Source of the DNA: an uncultured Chthonomonadaceae bacterium
GTDB taxonomy: Bacteria; Armatimonadota; Chthonomonadetes; Chthonomonadales; Chthonomonadaceae
Direction of reading: 5' to 3'
Assembly: GCA_963817895.1 (NCBI GenBank)
Contig: CAWFQB010000005.1
Span: forward strand, 640,001 to 704,000
DNA length: 64,000 nt
Positions 1-11,060 of this stretch are shown here, piece by piece. Within the stretch, counting starts at the first letter, position 1. Every line of letters begins with the position of its first letter. Below the pieces are notes generated by a model that was not told where the DNA came from, made no database searches, and worked only from the letters and a program-made list of their open reading frames with translations. Position numbers and translations under genes: made by a program.

Positions 1-127
1 GATGAATATGGTTCCCCTTGACATGTATTGATGAGTCAACTTCTAAGAAGCGATTGAAGCCTGCAACGCTGTCACAGACCGAACTACTTTTAGGGAGTAT
101 GACGGCGTATTCCACAACAATTTCCAT
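1..127 (-). CDS. Hypothetical protein, N-terminal part only (runs off window start)
   Basis: Read by hand: GGAGG RBS then ATG at 127, open frame MEIVVEYAVILPKSSSVCDSVAGFNRFLEVDSSIHVKGNHIH to the window edge; AT-richer than backbone. Confidence 0.6.
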   Translation of the reverse strand, partial: MEIVVEYAVILPKSSSVCDSVAGFNRFLEVDSSIHVKGNHIH

Positions 128-181
128 TACGAACCCTCCAAGATTTCACACGGCGAAATTACGCCTCTTGCTCACCCGTTG

Positions 182-739
182 CCTGCTTCTCCCCGTTCCT
201 CGGATACTTCCTCAGTTTGTACGCCTCTACCGACTGCCGGAACACGAGTCGCTTCCTTCTTCCGGTTCGCTCTGCCCTTCGGCTTTTCGCCACGAACGCG
301 GGTGCGGGCTTTGTCTCTGTGCCTCTAGCCGCGAACAATGTCATGCACGATGTAGTTCTTCATGGTGTCTTTTGACGCTGTCGCGCCCATATTTTCGCGT
401 AGTAATATTGTAGGGTCGCCGCCTAACTGAGTAGCCCTCGCAACATCTGCTGGAAGGACAAGAATGACACCTACATGTGGCACTTCATACGCCTTCGGCG
501 CGGTTATATTGTCTCCCAAATCACTCCATTTGCACTGCATAAATGCTTCATCCCTGCTTGGTTGCTGAAATACTGCTGTTAAAATGACGTGGCAGAGGCG
601 CGGAAAGTGTCACACGTATAATAATTTTTTTCACAAAAACCCTGTAAGAACGATTCTGCATCTGATTTACCTGCCGCCTGCTTCCTGCTTCTCCCCTTCC
701 CTCGGATATTCCCTCGATTTGTACGCTTCTGCCGATTGC
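182..739. repeat. Diverged 56-bp direct repeat (182-237 and 684-739)
   Basis: Manual alignment gives 47/56 identical, differences mostly transitions. Confidence 0.75.
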
Positions 740-947
740 TTGGATACGATGTACCTGCCGCCTGATTTGCCACCACGACTTTAATAGAGTGGTTGTGTCC
801 TCTTCCAGTAGAGGAGCGCAGATACAATCGCGCCAATGCGGACACAACATGTTGTGTCCCTGCAAACATTTATTTGAACGGTATTGCTGCTAAGAACCTA
901 CGCCAATAGGCATGGTATTCGCGTCTGCAAGACGCTTGCACTTTCCT

Positions 948-970
948 GCCGGGTATTTTCAATACCCGGC
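948..970. terminator. Hairpin downstream of the SARP/STAND gene, possible terminator
   Basis: Perfect 10-bp stem GCCGGGTATT-TTC-AATACCCGGC about 30 bp past the stop at 1002. Confidence 0.5.
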
Positions 971-1001
971 CAATTGGGATAAATTCTAAACAGCGCCGGT
1001 T

Positions 1002-4000
1002 TCATTCGGCGGAAAGGGCGTAAGCGACGGCCTGTTCCAGAGTCAGCGCGGTTCCCACTGCCTGTTCCCGCGCAAACGCTTTTACGCCTAACCGGTCGCG
1101 CAATTCGGACGTGATGGCTCCCTGTTCCGCCTGTTCGGTTTCGGAATGAGTTACACCCATCGTCTCACACACAGCGGCGTGAGCGGCATACAGGCGAACA
1201 GCGCGTTTCGCGTCTCCCTGCGCATGGGCAATCGCCGCCAGCGCGTGTAAACTCCCCGCCATGCCGTGCTTATCGCCAATGGCCTGTTGAATTTGCAGGC
1301 TCTGGCGGCATGTGGCGCTTGCCCTGGTCAGGTCGCCCTGCAGTCGCGCAAGGTTCGCCATGTTGTGCAGCGTCATGGCGATGCCCTGCCGGTCGCCGAG
1401 TTCTGTTTTGATTGCCAGACTGCGGGCATAAAGGTCACGCGCTTCCGCAACGTGGCCGCTCGCTTCTGCCACCATGCCCAGATTGTTCAGCGAACCGGCA
1501 ATGCCCTGCCTGTCCCCAAGCCGCTCCCGCAGCGCCAGACTCTCCTCATGGTACGCCTGCGATGCCGCGTAATCTCCCTGCGCGTGGGCAATATTCCCTA
1601 AATTGTTGAGCGTACTCGCAACCCCGCGCCATTGCTTCAATTCGCGCTTGATGTCCAGACTCCGCTCGTACCAATCGCGGGCGGCGGCATAGTCGCGCCG
1701 CATCTGCGTGAGAATGCCCAGATTGTTGTAGGACGCGGCCAGTCCTGCCCGGTCATTGCAGCGTTGGCGTATCTCCATGCCCTGCGTATACAGGCGCTCC
1801 GCGTCTTCAAAATCGCCCTGAAGCTCCGCGACCAGTCCCAGATTGTTCAGCGCGTTGGCAATCCCCTGCTCATGTGCCAGTGTTGTCCAGATTTCCAGAC
1901 TTTCGGCATAGAGAGCGCGCGCCTGCGCGTAATCTCCCTGTATTTGCGCCAACGCCCCGGCTTCGTTGAGGGCGTGAGCGCGGGGGCGCGTCCGGGCTCC
2001 GCTTCCCGTGTCAAGCGCGGCCTGCAAATACCTGCGCCCCTCCTGCACATAACCCCGTATCTGAAAAAATGGGCCGAGCGCCCCTGCCAGCCGCAGCGCC
2101 GCTTCCGCCTCCACGCTCATTTTCTCCCCGCCCGGTTCCCCTGCTGTTTCCCCGTTCGTTTCCTCCACTTCGTGCAGACTCCACGCCAGCGCCGCGCGCA
2201 GGTTCGCGTATTCCGCTTCCAGACGCGCCAGCCAGCGCGCCTGTTCCGGGCCGTGCAGATGCGGCGCGGCGCTTTCGACCAATCGGAGGAAGCAGGCCAG
2301 ATGGCGATTGCGGAGTGCGTTTCGCGCCTGCCGGCTCAGTTTCGCCTCGCCGTATTCCCGCAGGGTTTCCAGCGCGTAAAAGCGCGTCTCAGAGAGTTCA
2401 GTCTGCTCCTGCGCCCCCACAAACGAATGTCCTCGCAATTCCTGAAGCCAATCCCAGACGAAGGATGAAGGAGGAAGGAGGAAGGAGGAATTCTCCTGTT
2501 TTCCCCTCTTCGTCTCCTTTTCTGCTGCTGCCTCTTCGCACACTTCCCGCGCCGCCTGCGCTGTCCAGCCGTTGCGGAATACGGACAGTTGGGTAAAGAA
2601 CTGCTGTAATTCGGGACGCAGCCGCGCATAGCTCCAGTCAATCACGGCCCGCAGCGCCTGATGGCGTGGAGCGACGTTTCGGCGGCGCGTGGTCAGAAAG
2701 TCAAAGCGCTGCTGCAGCGCCTCCAGCATTTCGGCAGGCGTCATCACCTGCGCCCGCGCCGTCGCCAGTTCAATGGCAAGCGGAATTCCTTCCAGCGCGA
2801 TGCAGCATTGAGCAATGGCGGCAGCATTGCCCGGCGTAATCTGAAAATCCGGCTTTACCGCCTGCGCCCGGTTGACGAACATCTGCACGGAAGGATAAGA
2901 AAGCAAGGATGAGGGCATTGCCGATTGCCGATCTTCGATTGCCGATTGCATTTCTTCTGTTCCCTGTCTCCTGTTCCCTGTTCTCTGAAACTCCCCTTCC
3001 TCCTTCCTCCTTCCACCTTCCTCCTTGCCCGGAACGGGCAGCGGCGGCACAGGCTGTTCCTGTTCACCGGGCAGTTCTAAAGCCTGCCGGGAGGTCAGCA
3101 GGCAGGCGAGATTGGGAACATGCGCCAGCAGGCGCTGAACCCATTCGGCTCCCTCCTCGACAAGCGCCTCGAAGTTGTCCAGGATAAGCAGCGCGGGACT
3201 CTCCTGAGCGCGAAAGAAATCGCAAATCTGCTCGAAGGGATCGGTGGAAGCGCGCAGAGGGATATTCAGCGTTCGGCAGAGCGTGGGCGTGAGCAGACCA
3301 ACCTCTTCCACGCCTGCCAGCGACACAAACCAGACCAGCCCGGGAAACGTTGCCTGTACGCGATGCCCGATTTCGATGGCGAGCCGCGTCTTGCCCGCTC
3401 CGCCCATCCCTGTAAGCGTTACCAGCCTCGCGTCTGAGTCGCGCAGCCATTCTGCCACGCGCGCCAGTTCCGCTTCGCGTCCGAAAAAGCGATTTAGAGG
3501 TACGGGCAGGGTGTCCGTTTGCACACGACGCGCATGGAGGGGAGGAAAACTGTGATCTCGCTGTTCCCCCGCTTCGATTTGGAATAGCCTTTCCGGGCTT
3601 GCGCCCTCTTCAAGACGATATTCGCCCAGGTCTTTCCCTCTAAAATCTTTCTCTCCCATACCGGCAGAGAGCGCGTTGCCGAACAGGGCTGCGAAAGGCT
3701 TTGTGCCAAGCGTCTGCCCGCCATGTCCCACTTCCAGCAATCGCAGTGTCAGCGTTCGCGCCGCGCCGCAGTTAGCGTCTTCCTCCGTTTCCACTTCGCC
3801 GGTATGCAATGCCATACACAGCCCGGACGGAGCGCCTTCCGGGGAGTCCGGCTGCGCTTCAAGCGCAACCCGGCAAGCCAGCGCGCAATCCAGCGCATCC
3901 GCCGCGCTTGCAAACAGCCCGACAAAAGCCTCGCCCTGCCGCGCGATTTCAAACCCGCCAAAACGTCGGCACTGATTTTGCAAAATGGCGCGTTGTGTCG

Positions 4001-4679
4001 GGGTGACTGCGAGGCTGGTTTGTTCCGCTGCAAACGCGCTGATAGCCGCGCCCGGATTGCCTGCCGCCAAAATCGTGACCGTTCCCAGTGGGAGTGAAGC
4101 GGGCAGAGGCTTTTTCTGCCCGGTCGGACTGTAATTTGTTGCTGCAAGCGCGCTTTCCTGCGTTGCCGTCAGCAAGGCGTCTAATTGCTCACGCGCCTGT
4201 CGGTAGTTTTCCTCCCATCGCAAACGCTCAGGAGTAATCCAGTCCGCCTCATAATCGGACAGCAGCGGGCCGGTATAGCGTTTCAGCGCGGCTTCCAGCA
4301 GGCGCGCTTTTTCGTAATGGGTGGCTTCTGCCGCCACGCGCAGGGCGTTTTCAAATTCGGTTACGTCGGTGACAATCGCCTCCGGGCGCAGTTGCACAGC
4401 GTGGCGGTCCGTCAACAGGATCGCGCCGGACGCCATGCCCGGCGGCTCCATCTGCCGCCGCAGGGAGGAGAGCGCGGTGCTGAGATTGTTGCGCCCCGCG
4501 TCTGCGTCCAATTCCGGCCAGATACGATCAATCAGCGTATCGCGGAGCGTAGACTTGGTAGCATAATACGCCAGATACGCCAGCAGCAGCGCGGTTTTCC
4601 GGGTGCGAAACCGCGTAATCGTGGTTTCCGCCCCTTCCACTTGCAATTTGTCCAGTAGTTGGATTCGATATGCCGGCAT
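1002..4679 (-). CDS. AfsR/SARP-family regulator: wHTH+BTAD, degenerate class III cyclase-like domain, STAND ATPase, TPR repeats
   Basis: FRTRKTALLLAYLAY and W..PER (BTAD); Walker A GMGGAGKT; LLILDNFE Walker B; GIPLAIELA; many GIAxSLNNLG TPRs. Confidence 0.9.
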   Translation of the reverse strand: MPAYRIQLLDKLQVEGAETTITRFRTRKTALLLAYLAYYATKSTLRDTLIDRIWPELDADAGRNNLSTALSSLRRQMEPPGMASGAILLTDRHAVQLRPEAIVTDVTEFENALRVAAEATHYEKARLLEAALKRYTGPLLSDYEADWITPERLRWEENYRQAREQLDALLTATQESALAATNYSPTGQKKPLPASLPLGTVTILAAGNPGAAISAFAAEQTSLAVTPTQRAILQNQCRRFGGFEIARQGEAFVGLFASAADALDCALACRVALEAQPDSPEGAPSGLCMALHTGEVETEEDANCGAARTLTLRLLEVGHGGQTLGTKPFAALFGNALSAGMGEKDFRGKDLGEYRLEEGASPERLFQIEAGEQRDHSFPPLHARRVQTDTLPVPLNRFFGREAELARVAEWLRDSDARLVTLTGMGGAGKTRLAIEIGHRVQATFPGLVWFVSLAGVEEVGLLTPTLCRTLNIPLRASTDPFEQICDFFRAQESPALLILDNFEALVEEGAEWVQRLLAHVPNLACLLTSRQALELPGEQEQPVPPLPVPGKEEGGRRKEEGEFQRTGNRRQGTEEMQSAIEDRQSAMPSSLLSYPSVQMFVNRAQAVKPDFQITPGNAAAIAQCCIALEGIPLAIELATARAQVMTPAEMLEALQQRFDFLTTRRRNVAPRHQALRAVIDWSYARLRPELQQFFTQLSVFRNGWTAQAAREVCEEAAAEKETKRGKQENSSFLLPPSSFVWDWLQELRGHSFVGAQEQTELSETRFYALETLREYGEAKLSRQARNALRNRHLACFLRLVESAAPHLHGPEQARWLARLEAEYANLRAALAWSLHEVEETNGETAGEPGGEKMSVEAEAALRLAGALGPFFQIRGYVQEGRRYLQAALDTGSGARTRPRAHALNEAGALAQIQGDYAQARALYAESLEIWTTLAHEQGIANALNNLGLVAELQGDFEDAERLYTQGMEIRQRCNDRAGLAASYNNLGILTQMRRDYAAARDWYERSLDIKRELKQWRGVASTLNNLGNIAHAQGDYAASQAYHEESLALRERLGDRQGIAGSLNNLGMVAEASGHVAEARDLYARSLAIKTELGDRQGIAMTLHNMANLARLQGDLTRASATCRQSLQIQQAIGDKHGMAGSLHALAAIAHAQGDAKRAVRLYAAHAAVCETMGVTHSETEQAEQGAITSELRDRLGVKAFAREQAVGTALTLEQAVAYALSAE

Positions 4680-5014
4680 GATGGCAATCCTTGCTTGGCT
4701 GTTGCGCTTGTAGGAGTTTTGTAGGAGTCGCGCAGTTATAATGTGGAAACAACAATCTTTCCCTCGACATCCACGCGGGGCGGCGGGTTCTGCTAATAGA
4801 CCCGGCGCACTGCGTCAATACGCTTGTCACCTTTTCTGTGCTGAATTTCGCATTCGACGAGGAATCTCCTGCCTGACTCGCGCGTATCTGTCCTCTGCTT
4901 CAAATACACCGGCAAAATTTCAGCACAGCCGCCGATTTACTCGGTGGCTGTGCTGAAGTATGTCAAACAGCAGCGCTTTGCGTTCCTGCGCGGCGATTAA
5001 CCAATGATATTCGG

Positions 5015-5914
5015 TTAAATCGGAAACTTGCCGAACATCTTTTTGGCAATGTCGGCGAACATTTCCGGGTCGCCGTAGGGCGCGGCCAATTGCGGTTCGG
5101 CAGGCAGGTCGGGATAGGGGACTCCTTCGGGGAAACCGTCTACCACGCGCAGTTCCTGACCATCTTCCGGGTGCGGGCCGTTCCAAATTTCGCCCAATCG
5201 GTTGTAGTCGTGCAGGCTGTAGCGGTACATGATGGTGTGCAGCCCCTGCTCTTCCAGCTTCCGCGCCTCATCGTATTTCTTGTTGCTCAGGTCGGGGATC
5301 GGCAGCAGTTTGCCAACCTCAACCCCGGTCAGCTTTTCCAGCGCTTTGGCGTAAGCGACAATGTGGATTCCGCCCCTGACCAGCAGATAGCCGGTCAGCG
5401 CGCGTCCGGTCGGATCGTCGCACATCTCATATGCGCGCATTTTATTAGCGCGCGCCCCGCACTCCAGAAAGAAGTTGTGCAGCAGGTCCATTTTCAGGTT
5501 GCCTGTTGCCGTCACATACGCGCCCGTCCACGGGTTGCCCATGCTGTCATACGGCAGCGCGGCCTGTCCGCTGGCAAGAAAATGGTAGGCATACCGCTCA
5601 TCCGCCGCGCTTTTCAGGGGCGTGGCGTCGGGATTGGTTCCGCGCGTTGTCGCGCCATTGAGCAGCATGTTAATGGCGTACGACACCAGTTCGATATGCC
5701 CGTACTCTTCCGCCGCGATGTTGGCAATCAATTCGTAGAAGGGGCGAATTTCCGCTCGTCCGCGAAAGTTGAACGACTGAAACGTGTAGTTCATCAGCGT
5801 AGACATTTCGCCGAACTTGCCGCCCAGCAGTTCCTGAATGGCGGCGGCAGATTTGGGCGAAGGGTGCTTCGCTTCCGGCAAATCAATCAGCAGCTTTTCC
5901 ATACGTAAAATCAT
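5015..5914 (-). CDS. Manganese catalase family protein
   Basis: QELLGGKFGEMSTLMNY, EEYGHIELV, NFFLECGAR, RGGIHIVAYAKALE motifs. Confidence 0.92.
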   Translation of the reverse strand: MILRMEKLLIDLPEAKHPSPKSAAAIQELLGGKFGEMSTLMNYTFQSFNFRGRAEIRPFYELIANIAAEEYGHIELVSYAINMLLNGATTRGTNPDATPLKSAADERYAYHFLASGQAALPYDSMGNPWTGAYVTATGNLKMDLLHNFFLECGARANKMRAYEMCDDPTGRALTGYLLVRGGIHIVAYAKALEKLTGVEVGKLLPIPDLSNKKYDEARKLEEQGLHTIMYRYSLHDYNRLGEIWNGPHPEDGQELRVVDGFPEGVPYPDLPAEPQLAAPYGDPEMFADIAKKMFGKFPI

Positions 5915-6168
5915 GGTGACACTTCTTTCTGTTCAAAGGCAGGCTCAAATACATCCGCGTACAGGCAAGCGGCGGGCAATGCCGCTTGTTTTGCATACAG
6001 CAGAACACCGGCCTTCCCGCGCGCAGATGTTTTCATTGCCAGATGCGCACGGCTAAGGGCGGGTTTCTTCTCCAATTTACTTGCGCTGTTCGCGAATGTT
6101 GTCCTACTAAAGAAGTGTCTATGATTACCTATTTTCGCAGGGAAATGCAGGTCACTTTTGATGTATTT

Positions 6169-7296
6169 TCAGCGGGCGATATGATGGTTACTCAACAGGG
6201 GAGCCGTGGACGCGGCGATGGGAGCGGCAGTAACCGGCGCGTGATAGGTAAGCGGCAGCAGGGGAAACACGAGTTCGGCAAACCGGTACGCCTCTTCCAG
6301 ATGCGGGTAGCCGGACAGGATAAACGTGTCAATTCCTAATGCGGCGTACTCCCGCATCCGCTCGGCGATGATTTCGGGATTGCCGACGAGGGCCGTGCCT
6401 ACGCCCGGACGCGCGAGTCCCAATCCTGCCCAAAGATTGGGGCTGACGTGTAAATTCTCTCTGCTGCCGCCGTGCAATTGCATCATGCGGCGCTGTCCCT
6501 CGCTGTCACGCCGGATCATCAGGGCCTGCGCCTGCGCGATTTTGGCGTCATCCAGATATTGGATTAAGTCGTCCGCCGCCTGCCACGCCTCGGCCTCGGT
6601 TTCGCGGACAATCACGTTCAGGCGGATGCCGAAACGCAGGGTTCGGCCCTCCCGGTCTGCCGCTTCCCGTACCCGGTCCAGCTTTTCTTTCACCATCGCG
6701 GGCGGTTCGCCCCACGTCAGGTACACGTCTACATGCTTCGCCCCAACCTGTATGCCCTCTTCCGAAGAGCCGCCGAACCACAGGGGCGGATACGGCTTTT
6801 GAATCGGTTCATGCGCGTTGACGCCGCCCTCGATTCTCAAAAACTCGCCCGCAAAGTCCGCGCGCCCATCACGCAGCAAACTCCGCCAAATGGTCAGAAA
6901 CTCATCGGTGACGGCGTAGCGTTTATCGTAGGGAACGAACACCCCGTCCCCGGCCATATCCTCGCGCCCGCTGCCCGTGACCACATTGATAAGCAGCCGC
7001 CCGTTCGACATGCGATCCAGCGTTGCCGCCATCCGCGCCGCCTGTGAGGGCTGCATAATGGAGGGGCGTATGGCAATCAGAAATCGCAACTGCCGCGTGA
7101 CCGCCATCAACGCGCTCGCCACAACCCACGCATCCTCGCACCCCGCGCCTGTCGGCAGCAGCGCGCCATAATAGCCCAACTGATCCAATGCCTGCGCGAT
7201 CTGCCGCAAGTAGTCGAACGTCGCCGCCCGCCTGCCAATTGGCGATCCGAGATACCGCTCGTCGCCCGATGTGGGGAAAAACCAGAGAACATCCAT
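6169..7296 (-). CDS. ssuD: FMNH2-dependent alkanesulfonate monooxygenase (luciferase-like)
   Basis: WFFPTSGDERYLG, LLPTGAGCEDAW, YLTWGEPP, SPNLWAGLG, ILSGYPHLEEAYRFAELVFP are SsuD signatures. Confidence 0.9.
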   Translation of the reverse strand: MDVLWFFPTSGDERYLGSPIGRRAATFDYLRQIAQALDQLGYYGALLPTGAGCEDAWVVASALMAVTRQLRFLIAIRPSIMQPSQAARMAATLDRMSNGRLLINVVTGSGREDMAGDGVFVPYDKRYAVTDEFLTIWRSLLRDGRADFAGEFLRIEGGVNAHEPIQKPYPPLWFGGSSEEGIQVGAKHVDVYLTWGEPPAMVKEKLDRVREAADREGRTLRFGIRLNVIVRETEAEAWQAADDLIQYLDDAKIAQAQALMIRRDSEGQRRMMQLHGGSRENLHVSPNLWAGLGLARPGVGTALVGNPEIIAERMREYAALGIDTFILSGYPHLEEAYRFAELVFPLLPLTYHAPVTAAPIAASTAPLLSNHHIAR

Positions 7297-7796
7297 TACA
7301 AAAAGTCCTTCAGATTGAAGTTTGTTCTGCCGCCGCTATCACAGGGAGTATCTCGCCACAGCGTCATCCGCTACGCGCTATCACCAGCGGAATAGCGTTT
7401 CTGCGCCACAAATCTGCAATTTTGGTGTCACATTGAGAAAACCCGAACTGAATTCTTCCTGAACGCGCCGATTAATATGAATTATGCAATATACTATCAA
7501 TATGCGCTGATTTGCGCATAGCTGTATGTTGTCATCAGGCAACCCGCCGTGAACCTGTTGAATTGCAAACATTGGAAACTTTGGTTCTGTTCAGTCAGCC
7601 TGAATGATTGTACCACCCAATTCAGCAGAGCTTACCTTTTCAAATACGGGCTGCGCATTGACCTGATCAAACCATCTTCTGCCATTTCAACAGCAGACGG
7701 TTTGCTAACGCGCCTGTGACAACAAGCCACGCGGCAGGCGCGTTCCCCTCATCATGTACCACTTGCAAGACTTCCTGTTCTTAATCGGAGAAGATT

Positions 7797-8545
7797 ATGA
7801 CCCCATCTATGAGCAAGCGGGCAATCGCGGAATTCATCGGCACGTTCTGGCTAGTTTTCGGCGGCTGCGGCAGCGCGGTGCTGGCCGCCGCCTTTCCCAA
7901 AGAGGGTGTCGGCAATCTGGGCATCGGCTTTGTGGGCGTTTCGCTGGCCTTCGGGCTGACCGTGCTGACAATGGCGTATGCCATCGGCCACATTTCCGGC
8001 TGCCATCTGAATCCCGCCGTTTCCATCGGGCTGTATACGGGCAAACGCTTTCCCGCTTCCGACCTGCTGCCCTATATTGTCGCGCAGGTGCTGGGCGGCA
8101 TAATGGGCGCGGGCGTTCTGTATTTAATTGCCAGCGGCAAAGCGGGATTTCAGTCTGAGCGGGCGGGTTCGCGTCCAACGGCTACGCCGACCACTCTCCC
8201 GGCGGCTATTCCCTTGTTTCCGCGTTTGTCACTGAAGTGACGCTCACGTTCTTCTTCCTGCTCATCATTCTCGGCTCCACGGATGGCCGCGCCCCCAAAG
8301 GCTTCGCGCCCATCGCCATCGGCTTCGGCCTGACGCTGATCCATCTTATCGGCATCCCCGTCACCAACCTGTCGGTCAATCCGGCGCGGAGTACCGGTCC
8401 GGCGGTTTTTGTCGGCGGGTGGGCGTTGGGGCAATTGTGGCTGTTCTGGGTCGCGCCCATCATCGGCGCGGCGTTGGGAGGGATCGCCTATCATGCCCTC
8501 GCCGGTGATGGCAAGGCGGAGGAGCAGATTGTCGGTGACGCCTGA
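7797..8545 (+). CDS. aqpZ: Aquaporin Z, split by indels near 8147-8165
   Basis: [18 protein letters not shown] and [11 protein letters not shown] in the first [16 protein letters not shown] and [12 protein letters not shown] in the second; two NPA motifs. Confidence 0.92.
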
Positions 8546-8612
8546 GCCGTGAACTGTTCGACCGGGAACTGTCTGAAATCGTTTGCGGTATCAACTAGCA
8601 GGAGGCGATATT

Positions 8613-9044
8613 ATGGCGAACGATATATCTACGGACAACGCGGTGAACGCAAGCGATAAAGTGGAGAAGACAGATGCGGAGTGGCGGGCGGAACTGACGC
8701 CGGAGCAGTACCATGTTCTGCGGCAGGCAGGCACGGAGCGGGCATTTACGGGCAAATACTGGAAAACCAAAGACGATGGCACGTATCTGTGCGCCGCGTG
8801 CGGGCAGGAGTTGTTCACGTCCGCAACCAAGTTCGATTCCGGCTGCGGTTGGCCGAGCTTCTATGACGCGATGGACAGCGGCAAAGTGACCGCCCGCGAA
8901 GATAACACGCACGGCATGAGGCGCATCGAAGTGCTGTGCAGCCGTTGCGGCGGACACCTCGGACACGTCTTCAACGACGGCCCCAACCCGACCGGCCTGC
9001 GCTACTGCATCAACTCCGAAAGCCTGAACTTCAGCAAGGAATAA
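8613..9044 (+). CDS. msrB: Peptide-methionine (R)-S-oxide reductase
   Basis: [43 protein letters not shown]. Confidence 0.95.
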   Translation: MANDISTDNAVNASDKVEKTDAEWRAELTPEQYHVLRQAGTERAFTGKYWKTKDDGTYLCAACGQELFTSATKFDSGCGWPSFYDAMDSGKVTAREDNTHGMRRIEVLCSRCGGHLGHVFNDGPNPTGLRYCINSESLNFSKE

Positions 9045-9059
9045 GACGCAAACGAATGT

Positions 9060-9162
9060 AGCCGCGAATGAACGCGAATAAACGCGAATGGTTAGAGACA
9101 TCTTTGCAGTTTTTTGCCTCTTTGCGGTTTATATTCGCGTTCATTCGCGTTCATTCGCGGCT
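9060..9162. repeat. Hairpin with 10-mer microsatellite arms (CGCGAATGAA)n / (ATTCGCGTTC)n
   Basis: Inverted arms at 9060-9089 and 9133-9162 between convergent msrB and S10 genes; lone right arm again at ~61950-61983. Confidence 0.85.
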
Positions 9163-9171
9163 GTTTATCTT

Positions 9172-10846
9172 TTAGGGTGATTTGCGGTTGCCGGTGTTGC
9201 TGCCGACGACGGCGGATTGCGGCGTACCGGACGACTGAACCGCGTTTTGCAGGAATTGCGACACGTCGGATTTCAGTTTGGCAAGGGAAGCCGTGTCAAT
9301 GTACATCATGTGTCCTGCCGTATATTGGGCGGTGGTGATGTTGGCGCGCAGGGTGGGGTCGAGTCCGAGATGCGCGACGGTGTACTGCGCGGCGAAGTAG
9401 GGCGTTGCCAGATCGTAAAACCCTTCCGCCACGAACAGCTTCATGTACGGGTTTTTGGCGAACGCGCTGCGCAGGGATTCGCTGACGTTGGCAAACCCCT
9501 GTCCGCGTGTCCCCCAATCCCACGGCGCTTTGATGCCCCCGCCCAGCACGTAATACTCCTCATCCGAATCGAATTTCAACTCTTCGCTGGCGTACATATT
9601 CATCATCGCGGTGTACGGCGGGCGAATGGCGGACTGGCTCGGGTCGAAATCCGGCGTCTGCGATACGTTGGACGAGTTCAAGCCCCACAAAGCGGCTGTC
9701 CAATCGGCCTACGGAATGTTTGCGGTCACGCAGCAACTCCTTGCAGAAGCTCTCGATGTCCACGCGCAGGTCGCTGTTGTCCAGATAGGTTTTCGACAAC
9801 CCCGTATACCGCGCCATTTTGTCAATCGCGGCCTGCCGTTGCGATGAGGTCAATCTATCGCCCTGCGCCAGCGCGTTCGCGTAGTCCGTTTGCGCCCACG
9901 TTTCCGCCTCTTTCAGCGTGGAAGTCAAGTCTTTTTGCAAAGCGTCGGGCAGTTTGTGATGATAAAAGGCGGTGGCGGTATAGGTCGGCAGGAACAGCAT
10001 ATAGGGCAGGTCGTTGCCCGGCCGGAACTCCAGCGTCTGGAAGTTCAGCACGGAACTGAGCAGGGCAATGCCGTTGAGCGCGATGCCGTGTTCCACAAGG
10101 TAGTTGGACAGCCCCGCCGCCCGCGTCGTGCCGTAGCTTTCGCCCGCCAGAAACAGGGGCGAACCCCAGCGCTTGTAGCGGGTCAGGTACAGGCGTATAA
10201 AATCACCCGCAGCCGCAATGTCGCCCTGCAAGCCCCAGAATTTCGCCCCGTATTCCGGTTTGGTCGGGCGGCTGTATCCGGTTCCAACGGGGTCGAGGAA
10301 CACAAGGTCGGATTGGTCCAGCCATGTCTGCTCGTTGTCTACAAGATGGTAGGGCGGCGGCGGCAGTCCGCCATCGGGCAGCATCTGCACCCGTTTCGGC
10401 CCGATTGCGCCCAAATGCAGCCACACGGACGCCGATCCCGGCCCGCCATTGAACGCGAACACAAGCGGACGGCGCGGATCAGGGTTTGCGCCTGCGCCGT
10501 CCGTCCGATGGTACGCGACAAAGAAGATGTTCGCTTCGGTTTCGCCCGTCGCGCCCCTCATCGGCATCATGCCCGTTGTGGCTGTATAGGTAAGCGGCGT
10601 CCCGTGAACCATAATCTCATGCCGCGTGACAACCGGCGGCGCGGCGTCTCGAACCGGCGCGACATTCGGCGCAGGCGTTGCGGCTACAGTCGCAGCCGAA
10701 TTCGCGCCGGGAGCGGAACCGGGCGTACCGGCGGGATTACGGTTCCGCTGCGCATTTGCGCCAACAGAAATCGTTGCCGGCATCAGCAGCAAACACAGCC
10801 GTAGACAGAAGGCGCAGCCCGGGCCTCGCAATGAGCGATACGTCAA
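9172..10846 (-). CDS. Serine carboxypeptidase S10 family, secreted; frameshift near 9680
   Basis: FNGGPGSASVWLHLG, DPVGTGYS, GESYG nucleophile, YDLATP and AGHMMY in the downstream frame; TTG start after GGAG. Confidence 0.88.
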
Positions 10847-11060
10847 TTTGTTTTCTCCATTCGGTTGACTGGCAGGTTCAATGATGGCTGGAACAAAGGC
10901 GAAAGTTTGTACCCTCAATCCCGGCCCTTCTCCCTGTGCTTCGTGGAAGTAACAGTGGAAATGACAAGCCGGGGCGCCTGTCTATACCAGATGCGATACG
11001 GACAAACGCCCCGACTTCACTTCTATGTTCATCAGCGGCGACAAAGCGACGGCGACACGC

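Noticed and set aside
182..739. DGR template/variable repeat pair
   Set aside because: Mismatches are not confined to adenines of one copy on either strand; no reverse transcriptase in the window
7297..7796. Riboswitch (e.g. SAM) upstream of ssuD
   Set aside because: No recognisable SAM-I or other conserved core by eye; an Rfam cmscan would be needed
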